A DNA stretch of 63,111 bases, taken from the IMG/VR virus record IMGVR_UViG_3300048898_000040, positions 1 to 63,111 of that record. One strand, given 5' to 3'. Shown here in pieces: positions 17,719 through 27,816 of this stretch. Position 1 is the stretch's first letter; each line of letters opens with the position of its first letter. The DNA is from a virus (taxonomy: Duplodnaviria; Caudoviricetes). A program made the position numbers and the translations under genes. Below the pieces are notes generated by a model, which was given only the letters and a program-made list of their open reading frames with translations, was not told the DNA's origin and ran no database searches.

Positions 17719-18312
17719 CTAACCATCCCAGCCGACCCGCTTCCGCAACATCTCCTGGGACGCGAACCGGCGCAGGAAGACGAGAGCGTGCCGCAGCGCA
17801 TCTCGGCCGTGATCCATCCCCGGCACCCAGAGACCCCACAGCCGCAGCCGAGCATCCGTGATGACCGTACGCTCCCCCGGCATCTGTCGATGAGCGACGA
17901 CACCCCCGCCCGCCGCCGTCGACGCCGCCGCCGACGCCGCCGCAAGCCTGTCGAGCAACACGGCCTCGAACCGCACCGGCTCCAGGAGCGCCGGGTCAGT
18001 CGAGAGCATCTGCAACGAGAAGCCCTCGTACCCGATGACGACCACGTCCTCCTCCCCCGCCCTCTCCCACGCAGCCCGGCACAGCGCGAGATACGACGAC
18101 ACCGACGCCGTGGTCCCCGGCGACCGATACTGCCCGACGCGCCACCACATGAAGCGCACGCTCTCGACCTGTCCGAGCCGCAGCAGCGCACGGATGGGCA
18201 CCCGCACCACCGCCCAGCCCGTAGTGACTCCCGGGTCGGCCCACACCACCACCAACCCCGGTCCGGGGTCGAACACTTCTCCCGGCCCAAGCAACTCGTC
18301 CGTACCCGCCAC
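17719..18312 (-). CDS. RuvC-like Holliday junction resolvase
   Basis: WADPGVTTGWAV, GYEGF and HGRDALRH acidic catalytic motifs. Confidence 0.7.
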   Translation of the reverse strand: MAGTDELLGPGEVFDPGPGLVVVWADPGVTTGWAVVRVPIRALLRLGQVESVRFMWWRVGQYRSPGTTASVSSYLALCRAAWERAGEEDVVVIGYEGFSLQMLSTDPALLEPVRFEAVLLDRLAAASAAASTAAGGGVVAHRQMPGERTVITDARLRLWGLWVPGMDHGRDALRHALVFLRRFASQEMLRKRVGWDG

Positions 18313-18662
18313 ACCGCACCGCCTATGTATGTACATCCCAACAGGGAAGATCGGTCTAGAAAGCCCAAACCCCTACCGAGGGTACCCCTCGGCTCCTCTC
18401 GTGCCCCTACGGCTAAATGAAACCGCTTTCCTACCCCTTCTACGCCACGCCTCAACCCAGCCTCGGGCCTGCGGGGGCGGAGCGGGGTCAGGGCGGAAGA
18501 CAGAGGCCCGGTCGACGGGGTACCAGTGCGCACCGTCAGACGACCACACCACGATCGCCTCACTCCACCCGCAAGCTCGATAAGCTGCTTCGACCCTAAA
18601 GGCCGAGAGGCCATCCGCAACCGAAGTCACGGACCGCCCCTCGAACCACACGCCCCACCGCA

Positions 18663-19373
18663 TTACTCCGTCGACCATGACTCCACCGCTGCGTACAACT
18701 CCTCCACCGACGCCCCGAGCAGCACGCCCCACTGCACGCGGACCATCCGGCGGTCCTGCGCGTACCACCACGTCTCACACACGAACGGTTCCCCGGCCAC
18801 GTTCAGCGCCGCGATCAGTTCTCCGGGACTCTCCCACCACTCGGGAGCGCCACCGTCCCCGCAGAACCACTGCCGGACGGGCCACGGCCCCGAGCTCACC
18901 TCGTCTCCGTTCCGCAACGCCCACGCCGCCCGCGCCGCCACGTCTCCGTTCCGCGCCGCCGAACCTTCCTTCCCCGTGCTGTCCACGAACTCAGGCTTCA
19001 TCACGGCGGCGTACGGCGGCTGCAACTCCCCCGGCCCGTCCTCCGCAGGCGCGTCGGCCGAACTCCCGTACAACCGACCCGACGGAAACGGCGGCTCCGG
19101 GACGGGGTGCTGCATGACGACCGTGATGTCGGAGCGGTGCTGGTGCACCGGGTCCCCCAGTAGGCGGAAGCAGTAATACTCACCCCCGGCTGTTCCAACA
19201 GGCAGGTTCTGCATCTGCCAGACGCACGAACCACCCGCCGGGCTCCCAGCGTCGAAGGGGTGGTCGTCGTCGTTGTAGTGCAGGGAAGCTGAGTAGTTCA
19301 GCCCGCACGGCGTCTCTCCGGGCGGCTGGTCCTGGCACAGCCCGCCAACCACCCCGTCGAAGCGATGCCTCAC
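18663..19373 (-). CDS. Hypothetical protein with two H-x-F...C...C...H modules
   Basis: GTG start overlaps the upstream TGA; HRFDG...C...CG...H and HPFDAG...C...C...DPVH. Confidence 0.55.
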   Translation of the reverse strand: MRHRFDGVVGGLCQDQPPGETPCGLNYSASLHYNDDDHPFDAGSPAGGSCVWQMQNLPVGTAGGEYYCFRLLGDPVHQHRSDITVVMQHPVPEPPFPSGRLYGSSADAPAEDGPGELQPPYAAVMKPEFVDSTGKEGSAARNGDVAARAAWALRNGDEVSSGPWPVRQWFCGDGGAPEWWESPGELIAALNVAGEPFVCETWWYAQDRRMVRVQWGVLLGASVEELYAAVESWSTE

Positions 19374-19388
19374 AGCCCGTTCTCCTTT

Positions 19389-19451
19389 CGCTTGTAGGCG
19401 TCCTCGCGCCGCTTGTAGGCGTCCTCGCGCCGCTTGTAGGCGTCCTCGCGC
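19389..19451. repeat. Three perfect tandem copies of a 21-bp unit
   Basis: cgcttgtaggcgtcctcgcgc x3. Confidence 0.95.
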
Positions 19452-19755
19452 CGTGCCCACCAATCACGAGGAACACCGCGAGCGTCATCAGCCCGGCTAT
19501 CTGGCCGAACAGGATCCAGCTCACCTCAGCCGAGTCCTCTCCGTATTGTCCACGCCCGCCGCCATCGTCTTGGCAGCTTTGGCGTTCTTGGCCATCGCCT
19601 GATCCACGAGGCTCGGGATGGCGTTCGGCTTCCCCGAAGACATAGTGAGCGGCGGGGTACTCCGGACGACGTACTCCCCGACGACACCTCCGTCGGCTGA
19701 GCCGCTGGCCCGGATAACCACCCGGGTTTCGATCTCCACCTCGTAACGCACGAGC

Positions 19756-20232
19756 TCAGGCACGACGCCTCCCGTCCGGCACCACGATGATCTGCGGAGG
19801 AGACGGCGGGGGCGTCGTGTAGTGAATCACGACCGGGGCCTTGCCGACGATGCCGCCGTTGACCGGCGTCGGCTCCGGCCGCGAAGCCGAGCCGTACGTC
19901 TCCCCGAAGGACTGGTGGAAATCGCCGCTCGCGCCCAGCCACTCCTCGAGCGCCCGGCCCTCGACCACCTCCACCTCATCTATGAGAAGCTCCAGCGCTG
20001 CACCGGCCAGTCGTGTCAACCGATCGCGGAACTGTGCCCCCAGCCGCACCAGCTCGCCGCGAGGGAACGGCCCGTCCGACCGCCGCCGAGCCACCAGGCG
20101 GTCAAGGTCCCGCGCCGCTTCCAGCAAGGCATCCTCGATCTCCCCTGACGACCACTTCCGCACCTCTTCGTGCGAGTGCTCGTACCGGCGTGCGTTCGTG
20201 AGGATGGCCTCGAGGGCCTCCTGCTTGTTCAC
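19756..20232 (-). CDS. Hypothetical protein
   Basis: 158 aa ORF, translationally coupled to its neighbours. Confidence 0.55.
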   Translation of the reverse strand: MNKQEALEAILTNARRYEHSHEEVRKWSSGEIEDALLEAARDLDRLVARRRSDGPFPRGELVRLGAQFRDRLTRLAGAALELLIDEVEVVEGRALEEWLGASGDFHQSFGETYGSASRPEPTPVNGGIVGKAPVVIHYTTPPPSPPQIIVVPDGRRRA

Positions 20233-20896
20233 TCCCCACCCTCCAGTTCAATGGCGGTGGTGATGTGTAGCCGCACCCGCCGGAGCACGTCGTGCAGGTC
20301 CTCCCCGCGAACCGTGAACGAGGTGGTGTCCTCGACCTGGCGCTCGATAACCTGCGGGCTGCCCACGCCACTGGCCCCCGCCGCCCGGTAGGGAGGTGTC
20401 ACCTCCTTGATCTGCACGACCGCCACATAGTGGCTCTTGGGCTCTTCGCCCACTCGTACTGTCTGCATCTCTTCTCCTTAGTGCGGTAGCGGCGCGTACA
20501 TGACCCCGAGCAGGCAGGCCAGCACAGCCCCGACGATGAACACGTACAACGTGAGGCGGTCTCGGCTACTCACAGCCCCACCCAGCCCCGAACAGCCATC
20601 CGCCCGTACCGCTGAGCCAGCCGCCATTTCCCGCGACTGGCGGCGTACAGCGCCTTCTTACCCGGGCAGCACTTCGGGAACTGCACGTCCGGAGGAATGT
20701 CCTTGATGCCTGCCATCACAGCACTCCTATCAGATTTACGGTCAGAGCCGCTGCCCACAGACCGACCAGACCCAGCAGCAGCGCGCCCACCGCGCGGCCG
20801 AAGCTGCACATCCCGGTGTTCTGACCCTTCTTAGCGGCCTTCCCCTTCTTGACCGGGCGACCCCGGTACGGATTCGGATTGTAGCCGGGCCGGTCG

Positions 20897-22267
20897 TTAC
20901 CCATCCCTCCCCACCACCCTCGCCGCCGCAGGATCCGCCGCCCACTCCCGGGGGTCGATGGCCCCGACGAACAACGGCGTGTCGTTGGCATCCACGACCA
21001 CGCTCTTGGGGCCGACGCCGACCACCACCTCATGAGGCGGTACCACGTCGTACTCGCTGCCCCACTCGCTGCTGGGCCGACCGAGACGCTCGTTGGCGTC
21101 CACCCGCGCACGGATGGTGCAGCCCCGGTCGAACTTGGCCATGAACCCGCACTTGCCCTGCTGATAGCACACCGGCCGAACGAGGTCGGCGAACGCGGTG
21201 TACTGCCAGCCGTCACCATCGCGGTAGATGTACTCCATGCTGTCAGCTTCGGTGCGGTAGTACTCCTCGCTAAAACCAGCTGAGCCCCGCTCCCGCAGCG
21301 CCTTAGCCACGCCCGCGAACGCCTGACGCCAGTGGAACTGAGCCTGCGTGCAGGTACGCTTCCCAGCCTCCTGCAACAGCGTGCGCAGACTGACTGTCCA
21401 GTAGTACCGCGTCGTGATGGCATGCACCAGTACGTCGCGCGCTTCCTCGGCAGGCATGCCCGCCCCGATGAGCGCGTTGTAGTTGTCCTCGCTCTGGTTC
21501 ATGGCCTTGCGCCACACTCCCACCGCCGGGGCGTCCTGCGGGAGGGAAGCGAGGGAGGGCGGTAGCGGCACCTCCTGCGCCCAGTCCTCCGCCACCGCGA
21601 ACCGCAAGGACTCCTGCGCGAAGAAGCTGAAGCGGTTACGCACCGCCTGGTGCGTGAAGGCCCGCGACACTCCCTCGACCAGGAAGGTGAACTGGATGGC
21701 CTCGAGTGGCCCGTCGAGGGTCGTCGCCTGCATGTCCGCCAGCATCTGCCGCCGCTGCTCGTCGGTCACCTCGGACTTCGACCGGGCCACCTGCCCGGTG
21801 TAGATACCGCCGATGACGGCCAGCGTGCCCAGCGGATCAACCGGCGCATCGATGAGCGTGACGGTCGGTCCGAGCCGCGCCGCGTCCGGCATCGGCTGCC
21901 GCTCGTACTGCTGCGCATCGGCCTTGCGAACGAGCTGACCTTTCATCATGGCCTTGCGGGCGGCCTCGCGCCGGTCCAGCTCGGCCCAGACATGCAACAT
22001 CTGCGGGTACCCGCAGATCCGGGTTCCGCCGAGGTCGAGGCGATAGTCGCACAGCGTGGGCTCGCTCTTCTGCGGCACGAAGTCGTGCGGATGCGTGTTG
22101 ATGAGGTGCCGCTGCTCGGTCGACCCGGGGTTGGCGTGCGCCATGGCCTGCTGCCCGCAGATTTCCGCAACCTGAAGCGGGTGAGTACGGTCGTGAATGA
22201 ACTGGCACGAGGCCCCCGCCCGCAGCTCACCTTGGTACGGGTGGTCGGTAATGTATTCGTCTGTCAT
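20897..22267 (-). CDS. thyX: Flavin-dependent thymidylate synthase (ThyX-like), with a variant motif and an N-terminal His/Cys extension
   Basis: PLEAIQFTFLVEGVSRAFTHQAVRNRFSFFAQESLR (RxRx7S), GMPAEEARDVL. Confidence 0.85.
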   Translation of the reverse strand: MTDEYITDHPYQGELRAGASCQFIHDRTHPLQVAEICGQQAMAHANPGSTEQRHLINTHPHDFVPQKSEPTLCDYRLDLGGTRICGYPQMLHVWAELDRREAARKAMMKGQLVRKADAQQYERQPMPDAARLGPTVTLIDAPVDPLGTLAVIGGIYTGQVARSKSEVTDEQRRQMLADMQATTLDGPLEAIQFTFLVEGVSRAFTHQAVRNRFSFFAQESLRFAVAEDWAQEVPLPPSLASLPQDAPAVGVWRKAMNQSEDNYNALIGAGMPAEEARDVLVHAITTRYYWTVSLRTLLQEAGKRTCTQAQFHWRQAFAGVAKALRERGSAGFSEEYYRTEADSMEYIYRDGDGWQYTAFADLVRPVCYQQGKCGFMAKFDRGCTIRARVDANERLGRPSSEWGSEYDVVPPHEVVVGVGPKSVVVDANDTPLFVGAIDPREWAADPAAARVVGRDG

Positions 22268-22374
22268 GCCTGTCCCACAGTCTTCACTAGTACGTAGACG
22301 ACGATAGCGACAATGACGACCAGCAGAACGAACGCCGCCCCGTAGTCTCCGCCGCCGTTGTTGTTCTTACTCAC
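22264..22374 (-). CDS. Small single-pass membrane protein (36 aa)
   Basis: GTG right after the ACTACCCGGGAGGG motif; AAFVLLVVIVAIVVYVLV; stop overlaps the thyX ATG. Confidence 0.6.
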   Translation of the reverse strand: MSKNNNGGGDYGAAFVLLVVIVAIVVYVLVKTVGQA

Positions 22375-22414
22375 AATCCCTCCCGGGTAGTGCGCCCCTT
22401 TCCCGGGGCACTCG

Positions 22415-22605
22415 TGCTCGGCCGGGAATCGAACCCGGATTCAGGTGGCTAACCGAATGCCCTCGACTACCAGCCCTTCCTCAAAACCGGTAGCCGAGCC
22501 GAGCCACGGAGCCTTCACTCTCCGCGTGCAGTACGAGACGGGGGTCGTGACCCGTACCGCAACCATCGGGCGGCGCACCGCGAAGTAACCGCCCTGTAAG
22601 GTCTA
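22415..22605 (-). ncRNA. Structured RNA ending in a tRNA-like domain (22415-22504)
   Basis: Three hairpins, then GCTCGG/CCGAGC acceptor-like stem, a 12-bp arm, a 6-bp arm and T-arm CCGGG-TTCGATT-CCCGG. Confidence 0.65.
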
Positions 22606-22610
22606 ACGAA

Positions 22611-22639
22611 ACTATGTCAGGCCAGGGCCCGACAAGCAA
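22611..22639 (-). promoter_or_regulatory. Putative sigma70-type promoter for the structured RNA
   Basis: TTGCTT-17 nt-CATAGT. Confidence 0.4.
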
Positions 22640-22651
22640 GCCGCCACGCCT

Positions 22652-23353
22652 TCAGGACTCGTCCGCATCGAGGCGGAACATGCACCCGTTGACTTCCGGC
22701 CCCGATCCCAGGTTGTGCACGATAAGGCTGGCAAGCGAGCTCTTGGCCATGCCCCCGGCCAGTCGCTGGTCCCGCATCCGGGTGAGTCGCCCCGGCCCGA
22801 ACTGCGCCACAGTGTCGGCCGTCATGGGCGTGTCAGCCAGTAGCCCCGGCTCGTAGCCGTACACGAACAGGTTCGACCCCGCACCACTCAGCTCACGCGC
22901 CTTGACGCGTAGCGCCATGCTGAGCGCCGCTTTACTGGCGCAGTACGCCGCCGACCCAGAACGCGGCACGTGCGCGCTGTTGCTGCTGATGGCTACGTAG
23001 TGGTGCGGCACCCGTTCGGTGTCATTGTTGGCCAGCACCATGGTCCACGCCTGAAGCAGCTTCATCGGCATGACAACGTTGACACCGAAGTGCCAGCGGT
23101 ACCACTCCTGCAGGGCATCCGGGTCCAAGTCCTGCTCGGGGTTGTTGATGCCGACAGTGCACACCACGTGCGTCGGCTGCTCCTTCTCCAGGAAGGCCGC
23201 CAGGCTCAGCACGCTCGAACCTAGCGACAGCGTGCGCTCTTCTCCAGCTATTCCGGCAGTCACCACGTCGTACGCCGCGAGCGCCGCGTACATGGCAACT
23301 TCCTCGCCGAGCGAACCCTTACGGGCTCCGACGACCAGCACCTTCTTGGTCAC
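22652..23353 (-). CDS. Short-chain dehydrogenase/reductase (SDR)
   Basis: VLVVGARKGSLG Rossmann start, ISS, catalytic YCASK, PGLLADTPM. Confidence 0.85.
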   Translation of the reverse strand: MTKKVLVVGARKGSLGEEVAMYAALAAYDVVTAGIAGEERTLSLGSSVLSLAAFLEKEQPTHVVCTVGINNPEQDLDPDALQEWYRWHFGVNVVMPMKLLQAWTMVLANNDTERVPHHYVAISSNSAHVPRSGSAAYCASKAALSMALRVKARELSGAGSNLFVYGYEPGLLADTPMTADTVAQFGPGRLTRMRDQRLAGGMAKSSLASLIVHNLGSGPEVNGCMFRLDADES

Positions 23354-24009
23354 CCCTCCCCTCCGTCCCGCAGGTTCACGCGCGGCTTGACGTAGACCTG
23401 GCGCATGGCGTCGTTGTGGATCCAGTAGCTGAACGCGCCGTACGTCGACTGGCAGGTCTGCGCGTGAATGAACGCGTTGGCCTGCATGGCCTTGATGGTG
23501 TCCGAGTATGCCCGCTGCGTCGGCACCTTGAAGCTCAGGTGCGGGATAGGCAGCTCCGACCACTGGCCCCAGGTCGGCACCGCGCCCTCCGGGTACCAGA
23601 GCGCCTGATGCAGCGGGCTGAAGCCGTACCGCTTGTCCCGAGTGGCCTCGTCCATGCGCATTACCTCGAGCCGCCAGGTGCGGTGGGGGTGTCGGAGAAA
23701 GGTGTACGCCACGGCATACCGGGTGCCGAACGGGTTGGTGAACACGAGGTCAGTAGCCTCATTGAACAGCCGCCACCCGCCCACCATGAGTTCCCGGACC
23801 AGACCCTCCTTCGCACCGATGCCCGGAGCCAGGATGCTGGCCTCGTCGAAGTAGCACCCGGTCGGGAGCATGGGCGTGTACTTGTCGATGTACGTCTGAA
23901 CCATCTGCACATTGGCCGACACTGGGAGACGGCGGTCCCAGTAAAGCGGTTTCTGGCTCAGCGGCACCCGGAGAACTTCACCGTCGAGCTCAACTTCAGA
24001 AAGTCTCAT
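23350..24009 (-). CDS. Putative VOC/glyoxalase-fold protein
   Basis: LEVMR...SPLH...HLSFKV...FSYW pattern resembles methylmalonyl-CoA epimerase-type VOC proteins. Confidence 0.45.
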   Translation of the reverse strand: MRLSEVELDGEVLRVPLSQKPLYWDRRLPVSANVQMVQTYIDKYTPMLPTGCYFDEASILAPGIGAKEGLVRELMVGGWRLFNEATDLVFTNPFGTRYAVAYTFLRHPHRTWRLEVMRMDEATRDKRYGFSPLHQALWYPEGAVPTWGQWSELPIPHLSFKVPTQRAYSDTIKAMQANAFIHAQTCQSTYGAFSYWIHNDAMRQVYVKPRVNLRDGGEG

Positions 24010-27000
24010 TATCTCTCCATCGATAGGACATGGAGCTCGGTGGCGTACAGCGCCCGCCGGTACTCCGCTCGTTTGTAGCCCCGCACTAGCAAGAGGTCAT
24101 TATCCGGGTCCAGGTCCCAGATATCCTCCTTGTACTTCTCATACAGACCGCCATACCGGTGCACGGTAATTGTCAGCGGCCCAGTCTCGTCAACGCCCAG
24201 GATCACAGCGTAGTTGACGTACTGCGGCTCCTTCACCTTCTTGGGGTCCAGCTCCTCGCCGGTTCGGGAGCGGTGTAGTTCGTATATGTCCTTGAGGTTA
24301 CGGTGCACCACTCGGCCGAGCCAGACATGCTCGCCCCGAATGGCTTCGTATGGCACGGTCTCACTGCGCGAGGAGGGGAAGGGGAGGTTAGCGCGTTCAC
24401 CGTGCTTGTCCAGCCACCACCGCGCTCTGTCGAGCGTGCGCTTTAGCTCGTGAATACCGAACGGGTCGTCCTGTGCGCAGAACTCCTGCACCCTCTTCAT
24501 GGTGGCCGGGCCGATACCCCTGACCGCTACGTAGTCGGCCCACTCCATCTCCACCCGACGACCAACCGTGCGCCTCCACAGCGGCCGGTACTCAAGCATC
24601 AGCTCGGCCGTCTTCTCGCCAATCCCCTTCACCTGCACGAGGCCAGCCCGCAGCGCTTCACCTTCGATGGACCACGTGAGCTGAGACATCTCCGGATCTG
24701 GCGGGAGCACCCGGATGCCCTTGCTGGTAACCTCCTTCAGGATGTCGAGCACCTTGTCTTCGTCCTTGTACTTGCTCAGCGCCGCGCAGTAGAAGGCCAG
24801 CGGGTGATTCTGCTTTAGCCACATTGTCCAGTAGGCCAGCATCCCGTACGACACACAGTGCGCCGCGTTGAAGGCGTACGCGCCTGCTGTCACGAGCTGC
24901 TTCCAGATGCGCCCGGCCACCACCGGCCGTACCCCGAGCTCGCCCGACCCCTCCATGAACTTAGCCTGTAGCCGGTTGAAGGCCTGCTCGCCCTGTTTCT
25001 TGCTGATGAGCTTACGGACCAGGGCGGCCTCTTCCCACGAGAACCCGCCCAGCTCGCGGACGGTACGGAGGATCTGCTCCTGGTACACGATCTGGCCGTT
25101 GGTGTGCGCCGTGATTTCGGTCAGGACCGGGTGTAGCTTCTCCACCATCTTCTTGCCGTGCTTCGCCTGGATGTACTCAGCCGCCGCGCCACTGTGTAGC
25201 GGACCGGGACGGGCCAGCGCGTTGATGTCACAGACTTCAGCGAAAGTATCAGGTTTAACCTCTCGGTTAACCGACCGCATAGCACGACCGTCAAACTGAA
25301 AGATTCCGATGACCTCGTTGCGTTTGAAACCGTCGTAGACCTTTTGGTCATCCAAAGGAACAGCATAGAGCTCCTCCAGCGTCATACCTATGATGCCCAG
25401 CGCCCGGCGAATGAGGCCCATCGTGGTAAGGCCCAGTGCGTCAATCTTCAGCACGTTCAGGTACTCGGCGTCGTACTTGTCGATCGAGAGCACCTCTCCG
25501 ATGACTTCGCCCTTCGGCGTCGTGCGCTTGTACACCGCGAGGTTCTGGGTCAAGGGGCCGTTCGCCACCACAAGGCCCGCAGCGTGCACGCTGAAGCCTT
25601 TAATGTTGCCTTCGAGACGTTGGGCGGTCTCCAGGTCGGGCCACATGGCAAACACCTTGGCCACCTTGGGGAACAGCTCTCGGCTATCCTCGATGGTCTG
25701 GCCGTACCGTAGGTCACCTGACGACCTTTCAAGTAGCCCTCCCTTGACCTCCTCCACCGCAGTTTTGGGGATGTTGAACACCTTGGCCGCGTCGTCGAGG
25801 CTGTTCTTGCCCCGGTACATGGTGAAGGTGCCGATGTTGCCCACCCGTTCCGCGCCATACAGGTCGACCAGGTGGTCGCGCACCTTGTACCGCAGCTCGT
25901 CGTCGAAGTCCAGGTCCACGTCCGGCAGGTCGTGCCGGTTGACATCGATGAACCGCTCGAAGATGAGGTTGGGGAACAGCATCGGGTTGACCTCAGTGAT
26001 GCGCAGCAGCCAGCAGGCCAGTGACGCAGCCGCCGAGCCACGGGCGGGGCCGACCGGGATACCGTTCTGCTTGGACCACTTCACCATTTCCGAAATAACC
26101 AGGAAGTAGTCCGTGAACCCCTTCGACAGAATCAGCTCGGTCTCGTACTTCAGGCGGTCTAGATACCGTTTTCGCTCCGCTCCCACCAGGGCGTGAAGAC
26201 CCCGGTACCGCCATCCTTCTCGGAGCCACTGCATGAACAGCTCCCGCGACGGCTTAGTGCCTGGGAATACCAGGTCCTTAAGTTTCGGTAGCGTGACGTT
26301 GCATCTATCGGCAATCTCCAGACTTGTACCCACCGCCCGTTCAGCCGTACTGCTACGTAGCCCGGTCTCCAGGAGTCCGCTGTATACGGCATCACCCGTT
26401 TGGTGAGCCAGAACCAACCCGTATTCCCAGCTCTGCGCCTGGGCTTCAACCGTGTTGCGACTCCCTCCCCGGTCAATGGCGTGAAGGACGGGGTACATGT
26501 CCTGGTCGGCTTCCGTCGGGTAATGCACGTCACCAGTCGCGACGAGCGGTATGCTGAGCCTTCCCCCAATGCGACCCAAGGCTCGATTGTAAGCCTTCTG
26601 CTTTTCGAGCAGTGGGTGCGCCTGTACCTCCAGGTAGTAACGGTCCCCGAATACCTCTCGAAACTGGCTGGCAACACGAATGCCCGCTGCCAAGTCTGCC
26701 GACTTCTTATCGCCCTCACCCTTCCCTCCCATCACCGCAGTAGCGAGCCGTCCGCCCAGGCAGCCGCTCAGCACGACGAGCCCCTCGTTATGCTCGGCCA
26801 GCATCTCCCCGGTCGTGGTCGGCTTGTAGCGGAAGTTGTCCCAGCTCTTCGTCACGATCTGGTACAGGTTGTGCAGGCCCGTATCGTTCATCGCGAGCAC
26901 CGTCAAGTGGTGCTTGAGCTGGCCGCGCTCATCAGGCGTCTCGCAGTACAGCTCGCAGCCCTTGATGTCCTTCACGCCCACCTTCGCTGCCGCGCGCTCA

Positions 27001-27152
27001 GCGTTGGCGTGGCTGCTGACGTTGCCATGCTCAGTGAACGCCCGAGCCTCTATGCCCATCTCCGCGCACGCCTCTAGATGCTCCTCGGGCATCTTGAATC
27101 CATCCCCGGGGCTGAAGGTGGTGTGCCCGTGCAGCTCGGCGCGCTTACGCAC
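24009..27152 (-). CDS. dnaE: DNA polymerase III alpha subunit
   Basis: PHP domain LHGHTTFS, GPARGSAAAS, LPDVDLDFD, SVHAAG, LKIDALGL, YAFNAAH. Confidence 0.95.
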   Translation of the reverse strand: MRKRAELHGHTTFSPGDGFKMPEEHLEACAEMGIEARAFTEHGNVSSHANAERAAAKVGVKDIKGCELYCETPDERGQLKHHLTVLAMNDTGLHNLYQIVTKSWDNFRYKPTTTGEMLAEHNEGLVVLSGCLGGRLATAVMGGKGEGDKKSADLAAGIRVASQFREVFGDRYYLEVQAHPLLEKQKAYNRALGRIGGRLSIPLVATGDVHYPTEADQDMYPVLHAIDRGGSRNTVEAQAQSWEYGLVLAHQTGDAVYSGLLETGLRSSTAERAVGTSLEIADRCNVTLPKLKDLVFPGTKPSRELFMQWLREGWRYRGLHALVGAERKRYLDRLKYETELILSKGFTDYFLVISEMVKWSKQNGIPVGPARGSAAASLACWLLRITEVNPMLFPNLIFERFIDVNRHDLPDVDLDFDDELRYKVRDHLVDLYGAERVGNIGTFTMYRGKNSLDDAAKVFNIPKTAVEEVKGGLLERSSGDLRYGQTIEDSRELFPKVAKVFAMWPDLETAQRLEGNIKGFSVHAAGLVVANGPLTQNLAVYKRTTPKGEVIGEVLSIDKYDAEYLNVLKIDALGLTTMGLIRRALGIIGMTLEELYAVPLDDQKVYDGFKRNEVIGIFQFDGRAMRSVNREVKPDTFAEVCDINALARPGPLHSGAAAEYIQAKHGKKMVEKLHPVLTEITAHTNGQIVYQEQILRTVRELGGFSWEEAALVRKLISKKQGEQAFNRLQAKFMEGSGELGVRPVVAGRIWKQLVTAGAYAFNAAHCVSYGMLAYWTMWLKQNHPLAFYCAALSKYKDEDKVLDILKEVTSKGIRVLPPDPEMSQLTWSIEGEALRAGLVQVKGIGEKTAELMLEYRPLWRRTVGRRVEMEWADYVAVRGIGPATMKRVQEFCAQDDPFGIHELKRTLDRARWWLDKHGERANLPFPSSRSETVPYEAIRGEHVWLGRVVHRNLKDIYELHRSRTGEELDPKKVKEPQYVNYAVILGVDETGPLTITVHRYGGLYEKYKEDIWDLDPDNDLLLVRGYKRAEYRRALYATELHVLSMER

Positions 27153-27170
27153 CGCGACTACTCAGCTTGC

Positions 27171-27311
27171 TCATCGGCAGACCGCCGTCCAGAAGTCCGG
27201 AAAGTGCTCCGCCCCACCCGGGAGGATAATGGCGCACACCAACGTCACCCCGAACAGAAAGCACAGGAGCCCAAAGAGAAAGGATTGCCAGAGAGAAACT
27301 CGCTTAGCCAC
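27171..27311 (-). CDS. Small membrane protein
   Basis: MAKRVSLWQSFLFGLLCFLFGVTLVCAIIL... Confidence 0.5.
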   Translation of the reverse strand: MAKRVSLWQSFLFGLLCFLFGVTLVCAIILPGGAEHFPDFWTAVCR

Positions 27312-27816
27312 GAGCGGGCTCCGCTCTGGTCTGGCCCTGGTAGTGAGACCCGAGTCCAGCCGAACCGTACGGGCGACCGACTGCCACGTCCGTAGCGTGG
27401 AAGGTGATCTGGCAGATGGCCATACCTGCGGAGAGGTAGATGGGGGAGTGACTCATGTTCTTCAGTTCCAGCGTGATGGTGCCGTCGAACCCGGGGTCCA
27501 CCAACCCGGCCGCCTCCACCATCAGCCCACGCCGCGCCCAGGTGCTCTTGCCGTGCACCAGCCCCGCGATGTGGTGAATGAGCGTGATGCGTTCCATCGT
27601 GCAGGCGAGCATGAACTCGCCCGGGCGAATGACCGTGTGGCTTTCGATGTATCGGGAAGGGGTATCCATCCCGCCGTCGGCCGTTTCCCGGGCCCAGGAG
27701 TTGCCGAGCCGTAGGTCGACACTGATGGGCTGGAATTGTTGCTCTTCTGGCCTGGGTACGATCTTGACATCCCCGGAAAAGAGCAGGGCGTTGATGGTCC
27801 TATCGGACAGCAGCAT
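27304..27816 (-). CDS. dcd: dCTP deaminase (trimeric dUTPase superfamily)
   Basis: MLLSDR, QPISVDLRL, GKSTWARRGL, AGLVDPGFDGTITLEL, YQGQ. Confidence 0.9.
   Translation of the reverse strand: MLLSDRTINALLFSGDVKIVPRPEEQQFQPISVDLRLGNSWARETADGGMDTPSRYIESHTVIRPGEFMLACTMERITLIHHIAGLVHGKSTWARRGLMVEAAGLVDPGFDGTITLELKNMSHSPIYLSAGMAICQITFHATDVAVGRPYGSAGLGSHYQGQTRAEPARG

Noticed and set aside
24009-27152. Intein or intron in DnaE or TerL
   Set aside because: Lengths are normal, and no intein terminal motifs or frame interruptions were seen.
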